A stretch of 20,115 nucleotides of DNA from an uncultured archaeon (GTDB taxonomy: Archaea; Asgardarchaeota; Thorarchaeia; Thorarchaeales; Thorarchaeaceae). Each line of letters begins with the position of its first letter. The first letter of the stretch is position 1. This document shows positions 9,322 to 17,390 of this stretch, piece after piece. The notes under the pieces were generated by a model. That model did not search any database. It was not told the DNA's origin and was given only the letters and a program-made list of their open reading frames with translations. A program made the translations under genes and the position numbers. Location of the stretch: assembly GCA_964590575.1 (NCBI GenBank), contig CAZPWM010000055.1, positions 1 to 20,115 on the forward strand. Reading direction: 5' to 3'.

Positions 9322-10488
9322 CTATTTTTTCCGGACCAGTACGACGAGTATTGCAAGAAGCGCGACTCCGCCAATGCCAGCAACTAGCACGATATCGATA
9401 GGGGTCCCAGTTGTAGGATCTCCGTCGGGATACAGACCGATTGAAGGATCGTGCAAGATACTACCATTGTCGAAGTAAGGATACGCTAAGTACACAGCCA
9501 CTCCATCACCCAATGGCAGATATGATGCAGTCACATCGACTGCTTCACTTACACCACCAGGCCAGGTAATGACAGCTTTGTCTACCCAGCTGTAATATCC
9601 TTGTGCGACTTCAGTTTCAGCGTCAACAAATTCGATACTCTGAATGTTTGTACCATTCATCCGTTCGAATCGTGATTCGTTACCACCCTCTGTGGTCCAG
9701 TTCATATCAGAGTCTATGGAAACATTACGGAATCGTTCACGAGTTTCGATTCTATGACGATGAAGATTCTGGGGACCTGTGGCCTCGTTCTCTCTCTGGA
9801 GAGTTTGAATTGCAACGCTTGAGTTTTCACTACTAAATGGAAAGTTACCGATTTCAATGTCCATTTTCATTTCTGATAGACCTGAGACGGAGTAATTTGC
9901 ACAAACTCCATGGTCATCGGTCACTTCACCAAAGAAGTCCTCTAGATAGATGTGAGCCCAAATCTGTATTGTTACATCTGAGAATCTCTGGATTTCGCCT
10001 GCTCCATCAAGTGCTGGGAGGGGAGCACCAGGATTCGGTTCTGCTCTAACGCCAGATTTCGTGTATTTCATCCAAACTTCCGTTGTTACACCATTCTCTT
10101 CAATAGAGCCAGAAGCGACGGTCCACTCATATGCGGACAGAGGTGCGAAGTAGAGCTGTTCGCCAGTCTGATACGCTCCATCCTCGTTCAGATCTTCAAA
10201 CTCCACAATCATTACAAATGAAGTGGAGAATCTTACAATAGTGCCACCATTGTCGTTGGAATACCAATAGTGGATTTGCGGAATCTCAGAATTTGCCATT
10301 ATTGTGATTATATCTGTGTGAATCCAAGTTGTTCCATCGGGGTCTTGGGAATGGTCAGGAGGCTTACCTGATCCAGGTCGCTCAGTACCTGGACCCATGG
10401 CACTGACTGTAGTAGCCATTGTCCCAAGAAGAGCCACCATCAGGAACAGTCCAATTATCATTCTGCGAATGTTCTTCAAGTTATTCAC
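9322..10488 (-). CDS. Secreted, C-terminally membrane-anchored cell-surface glycoprotein of unknown function
   Basis: Signal peptide ending ..TTVSA, Pro/Gly linker, DLNEDG (Dx[DN]xDG) motif, seven N-x-S/T sequons, HDPSIG motif, and a C-terminal TM followed by RKK. Confidence 0.85.
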   Translation of the reverse strand: MNNLKNIRRMIIGLFLMVALLGTMATTVSAMGPGTERPGSGKPPDHSQDPDGTTWIHTDIITIMANSEIPQIHYWYSNDNGGTIVRFSTSFVMIVEFEDLNEDGAYQTGEQLYFAPLSAYEWTVASGSIEENGVTTEVWMKYTKSGVRAEPNPGAPLPALDGAGEIQRFSDVTIQIWAHIYLEDFFGEVTDDHGVCANYSVSGLSEMKMDIEIGNFPFSSENSSVAIQTLQRENEATGPQNLHRHRIETRERFRNVSIDSDMNWTTEGGNESRFERMNGTNIQSIEFVDAETEVAQGYYSWVDKAVITWPGGVSEAVDVTASYLPLGDGVAVYLAYPYFDNGSILHDPSIGLYPDGDPTTGTPIDIVLVAGIGGVALLAILVVLVRKK

Positions 10489-10583
10489 CTACCTTTGCCT
10501 GCAATTTTTGTATTTATAATGACCATTTCGTGACAAAAAGGAAGATATAGTGTAAAAGAGGATATGATGGGCCTAAATTAATA

Positions 10584-10606
10584 TAGAAGCTTTATCGATG
10601 CTTCTA
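10584..10606. promoter_or_regulatory. Inverted repeat, candidate operator in a divergent promoter region
   Basis: TAGAAGC-N9-GCTTCTA, directly adjacent to an AT-rich TATA-like stretch (10575-10584). Confidence 0.45.
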
Positions 10607-10724
10607 AGACTTTGTTAAGGCTTTATGATAATTCACAATTCTATCAGTTGGTCTTGCCAGAAGCACACTCCAAAGTTATTAGGGTTCAAATTACAGAGAA
10701 CAAGAGAGAAGGGAGTAAATCAAA

Positions 10725-10991
10725 ATGGCCGCAGAGATACACGAAAGAACTCAATATGATTGGTTTAGTATTGCACGCATTCATGAAACTAAGGGTGAAG
10801 ATGAAGAAGCCCTGAGAGCGTACGAACAGTCGATTATGCTGGATAATAAATACGCAAAAGCATGGTTCTACAAGGCGAAGATTCACTACAAACTCGGACA
10901 GATGAAGGAAGCTAAAGAATGTGTGAATAAAACCTTGGAGCTAAAACCGGGTTGGAAAAAATATGTGATGAAGTATATGCCCGACCTGTGA
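10725..10991 (+). CDS. Small TPR protein, paralog of 4279..4554
   Basis: TPR consensus EEALRAYEQSI.L..KYAKAWFYK and EA.EC..K.LEL.P; SD-like GGGAGT. Confidence 0.88.
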   Translation: MAAEIHERTQYDWFSIARIHETKGEDEEALRAYEQSIMLDNKYAKAWFYKAKIHYKLGQMKEAKECVNKTLELKPGWKKYVMKYMPDL

Positions 10992-11011
10992 ATTAGCTCT
11001 GGCAATGGATT

Positions 11012-11482
11012 TTATTGAAAAGCTTTAGATGAATCGGGATAGAGCAACACATAGACTGCTTGATTCAGAGTGAGAATTTTCCTTTCAACCCACTCCATAA
11101 CCATCTTGACGTTTTCTTCTGATGATATTCGGGTCAGTGCTTCAAAAGTGGCGTCCTTACTCTGTGGTATTCCTAGAAGTTCTTCGATGGTTTGAACAAG
11201 AATCATCTGACGTATGTCAGGAGTCGTTTCGGTTAGCCAATACAGTATGTTATCCTTGACAGTGCCATCAACCTTGGAGGATACAGCAACTTCACTGATA
11301 GCGTTAGATATCTTGTTAACTGCTTTCCCATCCTTGAGATCTGTGAGCTCGGTTTGGATGATAGTGACAAGAGCCTCAGTGTTCGCGGGATTATGAATCA
11401 GAATGTCAATAAGATCAGAACGAGCTTGTGCTGGGTCACCGGGGTCTTTATCATCACTCAATGTTCTCATTCTCCTTTCCAT
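11012..11482 (-). CDS. Hypothetical alpha-helical protein
   Basis: A 156-codon ORF that fills the gap, with amphipathic helical composition and no motif I recognise. The true start may be a few codons downstream, after AAGGAGA. Confidence 0.75.
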   Translation of the reverse strand: MERRMRTLSDDKDPGDPAQARSDLIDILIHNPANTEALVTIIQTELTDLKDGKAVNKISNAISEVAVSSKVDGTVKDNILYWLTETTPDIRQMILVQTIEELLGIPQSKDATFEALTRISSEENVKMVMEWVERKILTLNQAVYVLLYPDSSKAFQ

Positions 11483-11581
11483 ATAAGAGTGGTGTGCTGA
11501 AAGGGACTCCTTGCAGTGGTTAATATGTTTGTTGCGTTGGTATCTGAAATCTTCAATTAGTGTGCAAGGTATCTGAACTTT

Positions 11582-12325
11582 CTAGATGAACCCAATAAAT
11601 TCAGTGATTGAATTCAATACAAAATCAGGAGTTGTTGATGTACCATATTTAGCAACCTGATCTTCAAGAGATGCCTTTCGATTATTTATCCAGACTGTCA
11701 TCATCCCTACCGATTTAGCGCCGACCATGTCAGCATAGTACTCATCTCCAACATAGAGTGATCTGGAAAAATCCGCGTCCAGTTCATGCACTACTCTCTC
11801 AAATGGCTCTTTCATAGGTTTGTAAGCATTCACATCACCACAATCGACAATGGAGGAAAAAAAGTGTTCCAATCCTAGATTAGTTAGTATAATCCTAGCA
11901 TGTCCCTCAAAGGAGTTTGATATAATCCCAAGTTTAATCTCTCTTGCCTTTAGAGTTTCGAGAATTTCAATTGCTCCTTCATAGAGCGTTGAGAGTTCCA
12001 AGTGAAGACTTTTGAATCTATGAGTCGCCTCCTTTACTAGAGCTGGATTAGTAGGCTGATTAATATCCTCGAGGCTGTTTTTCATTGCTGTATAAACTAT
12101 GTCAAAAGGCGAACGGTATGGCCCTCCTGCTACAATGGTTTGGATTGCTTTTCTATACCTCGTCACAAGATTCCGAAGATAGGAGTCTATGAGTTTATCG
12201 GAGTCTAGACCGGATTTCTTGAGTAACAACTCACTTGCAATTATCGGATAATTGCCGGTATTGGTTAATGTGGAGTCCAAGTCAAAGATAATCGCCTCAA
12301 ACATGCTAAAATCTAATTTGCTCAA
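11582..12325 (-). CDS. HAD-superfamily hydrolase (subfamily IA)
   Basis: Motif I FDLDSTL, motif II ISN, motif III KP and motif IV VGDEYYAD..GA. Confidence 0.93.
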   Translation of the reverse strand: MSKLDFSMFEAIIFDLDSTLTNTGNYPIIASELLLKKSGLDSDKLIDSYLRNLVTRYRKAIQTIVAGGPYRSPFDIVYTAMKNSLEDINQPTNPALVKEATHRFKSLHLELSTLYEGAIEILETLKAREIKLGIISNSFEGHARIILTNLGLEHFFSSIVDCGDVNAYKPMKEPFERVVHELDADFSRSLYVGDEYYADMVGAKSVGMMTVWINNRKASLEDQVAKYGTSTTPDFVLNSITEFIGFI

Positions 12326-12346
12326 GACGGTCCGGTCTCCTGATAG

Positions 12347-13117
12347 TTACCCACCTTTACCAAGATAAATTCCATTAGGATCAAGCTTGTGCATGATATC
12401 AATCTGATTCTGAGTGGGTTCAGCGGTGGTTGGAACATCATCAGGTATCAATAGGTCAAACATCACATTATCAATGATATCTTGAACAGTAAAACCCGGA
12501 TGAACTGTTTTCAATCGTATCTTCAATGTCTCAGGTTCAAAATCCATCTGACACATATCGGTAATCACAACCTCTGGACCATTTCCAACCATCGACCATT
12601 TCTCACGAGACCCTGGACCTTCCAGATGACCTGGAGAAGTCATATAGTCAAGATCCTTCACAAACTTACGTTTGTCATGAGCCATCATAACAATGAGTCG
12701 CTTTGCTGATGATGCGATATCATTACCTCCACCACTCCCTGGGAGCTTAACTTTGGGTTTATCATAGGGACCGATGTAGCTAGTGTTTAGATTCCCATAC
12801 TCGTCAATCTGAGCTGCACCAAGGAAACCAACATCGATTCTTCCTCCCTGAAGTAAAAATCCTAAGGTTTCAATCAAGCCTAGTGAGGCTGAGCTACCGT
12901 AGTAATATCGCGTGTCAGCTACGGATAGAGGAACCTCTCTTGGACGAGCGTCAATAAACCCCGCTTCAGAGATGAGATTTGACCGTGGAGCGTGAGTTTG
13001 TTTAGCAAGAAGAGCAGCAAGGAGAGGCATCCCTGTCCCCCCAAAGACATTCTCACCGTCTCGAACGTGACTTGATGCACATGCAATTAGAAATTCAGTC
13101 TTGGAATATTCAACCAT
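12347..13117 (-). CDS. Family I CoA-transferase beta subunit (glutaconate/3-oxoadipate CoA-transferase B type)
   Basis: Motifs GTGMP, ISEAG (catalytic Glu position), GFLGAAQID.YGNLN, LPGSGGGND, TSPG and HPG. Start re-assigned to ATG 13117, 2 nt after the alpha-subunit stop. Confidence 0.92.
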   Translation of the reverse strand: MVEYSKTEFLIACASSHVRDGENVFGGTGMPLLAALLAKQTHAPRSNLISEAGFIDARPREVPLSVADTRYYYGSSASLGLIETLGFLLQGGRIDVGFLGAAQIDEYGNLNTSYIGPYDKPKVKLPGSGGGNDIASSAKRLIVMMAHDKRKFVKDLDYMTSPGHLEGPGSREKWSMVGNGPEVVITDMCQMDFEPETLKIRLKTVHPGFTVQDIIDNVMFDLLIPDDVPTTAEPTQNQIDIMHKLDPNGIYLGKGG

Positions 13118-13119
13118 TC

Positions 13120-14040
13120 TTAGTACCCCCACGGTTTCTTTGCTTTCAGTTGCTGCAGTCGTGGCCAGCTGACAAGGTCGAGATAGCCATAATGATTTTC
13201 AACTCCCAGAATGTAGCCATCAAGATACTCTTGCCAACCTTCCTCCGTCTGAGTCAGTTTGTGGAACATCATTAGATGCTCCAAGTCATAGTCATAATAG
13301 TCATGGCACATCATAGGGTGAGCAATGAAAGGTAGAACTACAACATGGTCCACATACATTGCAGGGATTTTTGTCTGATCAGGACGGCTTCGGACCTCTT
13401 CCTCGTCAATGAGCTCCTCAGCAAGGACAATGAGTTTCTTCCCACAACGAGAACCTTCAATGTCCTCTCCCACAATCCCATCAATCTGAGCGTTGCCTGT
13501 CTTGTCAACCCTCTGTACGTGGACTATGCTGAAGTCCGGTTTCAATGAGGGGACAAGTGTTAGTTTCTCCCCAGTGAAGGGACAGTCTATGACCTTGAGC
13601 TTGTTGTCGCCCAGGTACCTGGAGCGGCGAACCATGTCAGTGCCCATCATACTTCGAAGAGGCATAAATGGTACATTGAGTGCTCCACCAAGAAAACGCA
13701 TAGCCATCGCAAGATTGGTGTAGTCCTCAACTTGCAGGACACCCTCAGAAACTCTACGTCTAATGTTATTTGAGAGACCCAGAGCCTCAATTGCTGAGAA
13801 GGCAATCTCATATTTGTCGGCCACACCTGCGCCAGCCATAATCTCGAGATCAACCTCTGACCCACAAGTGTATACTGTAAGATTTCTTTTCTTTTGCCTG
13901 ACAAGCTCGTGTGAAAAGGCAATGGGAGGTCGTTGATAGCCAAAACCACCCCAAAATAGAGTTTGGCCATCAGACACCTTCCTCGCTGCTTCTGCAAGCG
14001 TGATGCGTTTATCTTCTACTTCAGCCTCTGTCAAATGCAC
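13120..14040 (-). CDS. Family I CoA-transferase alpha subunit (glutaconate CoA-transferase A type)
   Basis: Motifs GGF...RPP.A, RF.GGA..VPF.P, GTD, CPFTGE, HVQ..D..GN and AEE. The start may be TTG 14034, after SD AGGTGA. Confidence 0.92.
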   Translation of the reverse strand: MHLTEAEVEDKRITLAEAARKVSDGQTLFWGGFGYQRPPIAFSHELVRQKKRNLTVYTCGSEVDLEIMAGAGVADKYEIAFSAIEALGLSNNIRRRVSEGVLQVEDYTNLAMAMRFLGGALNVPFMPLRSMMGTDMVRRSRYLGDNKLKVIDCPFTGEKLTLVPSLKPDFSIVHVQRVDKTGNAQIDGIVGEDIEGSRCGKKLIVLAEELIDEEEVRSRPDQTKIPAMYVDHVVVLPFIAHPMMCHDYYDYDLEHLMMFHKLTQTEEGWQEYLDGYILGVENHYGYLDLVSWPRLQQLKAKKPWGY

Positions 14041-14126
14041 TCACCTGATAATGAATATCCTGAGTATTCAGTCGGGGCAGCAACAATACGCCTTTTATCT
14101 TTGACCATGAAGTGAGATTAGATCTA

Positions 14127-14450
14127 TCAAAAGAGTGCGAGTATCAGTGATATTACGACTGGAATGATTATAGCAATAGTACAGCAACACAGACCACCTA
14201 TGAGGAGGGCACGTGAAAACGATATTTCGTCATCGAATTCAGGAGTACCAGTCACTAGATGTGGTCCGAGAATGCCCTTTGACACCTTGAGCCCAAAATC
14301 ATCCTCTAAAGGAAAAGATCCTATACTTGGCAGGTATTCGTATCGTTGCTCGCAAGAAGGACATGTGATTTTGATAGCGTTCTCAATGAATTGAGGGACC
14401 GGTTCTGCCAGACGATGTTTACAGAAAGGGCATTCCGGATATTCAGACAT
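14127..14450 (-). CDS. Zn-ribbon protein with a Cys-rich C-terminal TM anchor (paralog 2)
   Basis: CPFC-x19-CPSC; C-terminal LLIGGLCCCTIAIIIPVVISLILALF. Start ATG 14450 chosen by alignment with the neighbouring gene. Confidence 0.8.
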   Translation of the reverse strand: MSEYPECPFCKHRLAEPVPQFIENAIKITCPSCEQRYEYLPSIGSFPLEDDFGLKVSKGILGPHLVTGTPEFDDEISFSRALLIGGLCCCTIAIIIPVVISLILALF

Positions 14451-14477
14451 CGCAATCAGCACATCCAACTATTGTGA

Positions 14478-14870
14478 CTAAAACCAGAAGAAGAATCCAA
14501 TACCAAGAACCATCATCAATATGAATACTAACAATGGGAGAAAACAGCAGAAACAAGAAATAACGAAACAGGCAGCTCCGCAACCACCTCCTTGGGCAAG
14601 GGGTGCATCAGAGTCAGACCTCTCAGATCCCCAAGGTGCATCTGCCTCATAGACATCATAACGGGGGTCCGGCATAAAGCCCTCGCGCCTCACTGAGCCC
14701 CTTGAACCCATTCGTTCCTGTTCAGGAAGTGAGAATGCACCAAAACCGGGCATGAATTCGAAAAATCCACCACAGTTGGTGCAACGCAGCTTGATTTTGC
14801 TATCATAATCCATTACTCGTTCAGTGCGTACTGTTGCCCCGCAATACGGACAATTTGCTACCTCGGACAT
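14478..14870 (-). CDS. Zn-ribbon protein with a Cys-rich C-terminal TM anchor (paralog 1)
   Basis: CPYC-x19-CTNC; disordered linker; GCGAACFVISCFCCFLPLLVFILMMVLGIGFFFWF; SD GGAGG. Confidence 0.85.
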   Translation of the reverse strand: MSEVANCPYCGATVRTERVMDYDSKIKLRCTNCGGFFEFMPGFGAFSLPEQERMGSRGSVRREGFMPDPRYDVYEADAPWGSERSDSDAPLAQGGGCGAACFVISCFCCFLPLLVFILMMVLGIGFFFWF

Positions 14871-14910
14871 GGTTGTTCCTCCAGTTAATTATCTTCATGC
14901 GTCTAAATGA

Positions 14911-14934
14911 TTGAGGGGTTTTAAACTTCGTCAA
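14911..14934. promoter_or_regulatory. Imperfect palindrome centred on TTTTAAA; possible shared TATA/operator of the divergent genes
   Basis: TTGAGGGGTTTTAAACTTCGTCAA lies midway between the divergent starts at 14870 and 14985. Confidence 0.4.
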
Positions 14935-14984
14935 TACAATGGTCTTACCTACAACTAAAAAGGAGGAATGTTCCAGCCAAAAGC

Positions 14985-15614
14985 ATGACAGACAAAGAGA
15001 AGGGCCCTTCGAGGGAGTTCCCAGGAATTCTTGGAATAATTGGACCTCTAGTGGCTCTTGCAGCCATTGCTGTAGCAATCGCGTTATCACTCTCATGGTT
15101 CACATGGGAAGGAAATGCTCTGAGTGACCTTGGTAATTATAACAATGGGCTCCCTGCAGCCATCATATTCAATGTAGGACTTGTTCTCACAGGGATACTA
15201 CTACTGGTATTCACATACTGGTTCCTCCGAACAATCACTGATCTACCAACAAAAATTGGATTGATTCCTTTCTTCATTGCATTGTGTTTTCTTATTGGGA
15301 TTGGTGTGTTCTCAGAGAATGCAGGAGATATTCACTTCGTTGTGTCTGTAGGATTCTTTGGTAGTTTCCCTTTTGCAATGTGGTTCGTAGGGCTTGGTCT
15401 GTTTAGATTCCGGAACCTCTGGTGGTTCTCAATTCTTTCAATCATACTACCATTCTTCTCAATATATATGTGGACTTCATGGTTCGGTGGTGTGTTTCCC
15501 TTCTGGACAGGGAACTCAATACCAGAGATCACAACGGCATTCACAGGGATTGGATGGCTTTGGCTCATCTGGCTTCTTTATGACAGAAGTAACTTTTCAG
15601 TAATTACTCAATGA
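14985..15614 (+). CDS. DUF998-family integral membrane protein
   Basis: NALSDLG signature after TM1, FN.GL..TG, GIGVF.E....H; about 6 TMs. Confidence 0.85.
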   Translation: MTDKEKGPSREFPGILGIIGPLVALAAIAVAIALSLSWFTWEGNALSDLGNYNNGLPAAIIFNVGLVLTGILLLVFTYWFLRTITDLPTKIGLIPFFIALCFLIGIGVFSENAGDIHFVVSVGFFGSFPFAMWFVGLGLFRFRNLWWFSILSIILPFFSIYMWTSWFGGVFPFWTGNSIPEITTAFTGIGWLWLIWLLYDRSNFSVITQ

Positions 15615-15684
15615 CTACTGTTTCGTTTTGCCGTAACTTGATATTCTTTCGCGCTAACAATCTAACCAAACGGTGGGACCCAAT

Positions 15685-16422
15685 ATGGGAGCTGCGTTTG
15701 ATAGTCTGTTATTGCTACTAGGAACCGGAACCTTTGTGACAATACTTGTTCTAGCTCTAGCCATCTGGAGAAGCGTGTTAGCAGGAAATCTCAAGACGAG
15801 TTTAATTCGCCGAAAACCACTTCTAATCCCATCACTTGTCTTTGTAATCACCATAATTGTTGTCACTACTTATCTACCTATACCAATGTCAGTATATCAT
15901 GGGACCAATCAGCTTCAGTACAATAACTTCACAGCTAATCATTTCATGGTTTATGAGGAAGGAGCCTACGAGGCAGACATTCTGATTAGAGTGACATTGC
16001 ATTCAGAACCAGATGATAGGCTGGAAGTCTATACTTATTTTTCTCAGGATGGTGTTGTGATTGGTTCACTGTTCATCAACGTGACAAATGACATTCTTGA
16101 CTCAGAACAGAGAGTGACGCGAAGCTTAAGCGTAGAACCAGGATTGTATGATGTGACTATCAATGGCACACTCTTTCTGAATGGTGTTGAACAGGATGAA
16201 TCGTTTCCAGAGGTTTTTATTGACCAACCAGTCACATCATCGTTCATCCCAGAAATTATTGATTGGAGTACCTATCGGTTTGTCCTTGGGATAGCATGCG
16301 TGTTCTTGGTTCTAGGAGGAATATGCATAGGAAGAGAGGACAGAACGAGGAGAAGTGAAGAGGACATAAATCAGGAACCTCCCAGAGAAGGAGAGGTATA
16401 TGGAAGACGGCTTGGTTGGTGA
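15685..16422 (+). CDS. Hypothetical membrane protein (2 N-terminal TMs, beta-rich external domain, C-terminal TM, charged tail)
   Basis: Hydropathy pattern; sequons NFT, NVT and NGT in the loop. ATG 15685 follows GGTGGGA. Confidence 0.8.
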   Translation: MGAAFDSLLLLLGTGTFVTILVLALAIWRSVLAGNLKTSLIRRKPLLIPSLVFVITIIVVTTYLPIPMSVYHGTNQLQYNNFTANHFMVYEEGAYEADILIRVTLHSEPDDRLEVYTYFSQDGVVIGSLFINVTNDILDSEQRVTRSLSVEPGLYDVTINGTLFLNGVEQDESFPEVFIDQPVTSSFIPEIIDWSTYRFVLGIACVFLVLGGICIGREDRTRRSEEDINQEPPREGEVYGRRLGW

Positions 16423-16532
16423 TTCATTACAATCTGTGGCAATAGTCATTGGGTTTAGTTTTAGTAACTAGTATTGGAATCCAGACTTGGTTTGGAGTGT
16501 GTTTCTAAATTCAAGTTACTTCAATTGTCCAG

Positions 16533-17390
16533 TCATATCTTGACTCTTCTCTTTGCTAAGAACTCTGCTTCTGTTCTTTTGAAACCCTGAGCATAGAGAT
16601 GGTCAAGAATTTCGTCATGTCTATCATTAACCCAGAAGATTGCTTTCTTAGTTGTAACCTCTCGAAGTGCGGCGTCAACAACTTCTACTCCATAGCCGGA
16701 AGAATAATTGAAAGAAATGACTGTGGCATCTATCTGTTCTTGATCATATTCGAGTCTTACAAAGCCTACAGCTATATTGCTTGCTCGTTCTCTAAGTACA
16801 TACGTATTTCCACCGCGAATCGAGTACTCCAGCATCTTATGGTCTCTATGACCCCAATACGTATCAGGAACTAGATGCAATAATTGAGGAATGTCTTCAA
16901 GTCGTGCAATTCTAACATCAAGTGTTGTTTCTGGTAAGGTTCTACTTGCATCTCCATCCATGCGTAATACAAGCGATTGTATGCCATACTCCAGCTTTTC
17001 GATGAATTGGACAGCTCTCGGATTATACATCTTCACACCTGCAACAAAGTGTGTAAGATTAGGGTTACGTTCTAATAACGCCCGTTCTGATTCTTGAACT
17101 AAGCTAGTGCCAATACCCTTGTTTCTCCATTCTTGATCGACTACAAGCTCCAAGATTGCGCCCCAACCAAGACTCTCGAGCACTGCATTGATTGCTACCC
17201 CTACAATCTGGTCTTCTACAGCTGCAACCCTCCACAGTGTTGGTAGGTCACCTTGAACCTTGCTGCGGTCCCACCAGCGTGAGAAGCCATCGAATGTCAA
17301 TGAGTCAACACTTGGCATTCCAGTCCCGTATACTTTGTAGAAAGATGTTCTCTCTTCATATCTGGGGGGGCGGACTATTGTTTCAATCAT
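16533..17390 (-). CDS. Tandem-domain GNAT N-acetyltransferase
   Basis: Motif A LVVDQEWRNKGIGTSL and N.RA..F.EKL.Y; a second degenerate GNAT domain (IRIARLEDI...LYAQGF); SD GAGGTG. Confidence 0.88.
   Translation of the reverse strand: MIETIVRPPRYEERTSFYKVYGTGMPSVDSLTFDGFSRWWDRSKVQGDLPTLWRVAAVEDQIVGVAINAVLESLGWGAILELVVDQEWRNKGIGTSLVQESERALLERNPNLTHFVAGVKMYNPRAVQFIEKLEYGIQSLVLRMDGDASRTLPETTLDVRIARLEDIPQLLHLVPDTYWGHRDHKMLEYSIRGGNTYVLRERASNIAVGFVRLEYDQEQIDATVISFNYSSGYGVEVVDAALREVTTKKAIFWVNDRHDEILDHLYAQGFKRTEAEFLAKRRVKI

Noticed and set aside
10536-10569. Degenerate direct repeat AAAAGGAAGATATAGTG / AAAAGAGGATATGATG
   Set aside because: Low-complexity purine-rich sequence with several mismatches; not distinguishable from chance.
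14821-15127. ORFs 14821..15096 (-) and 14939..15127 (+)
   Set aside because: They overlap better-supported genes in other frames and have no recognisable features.
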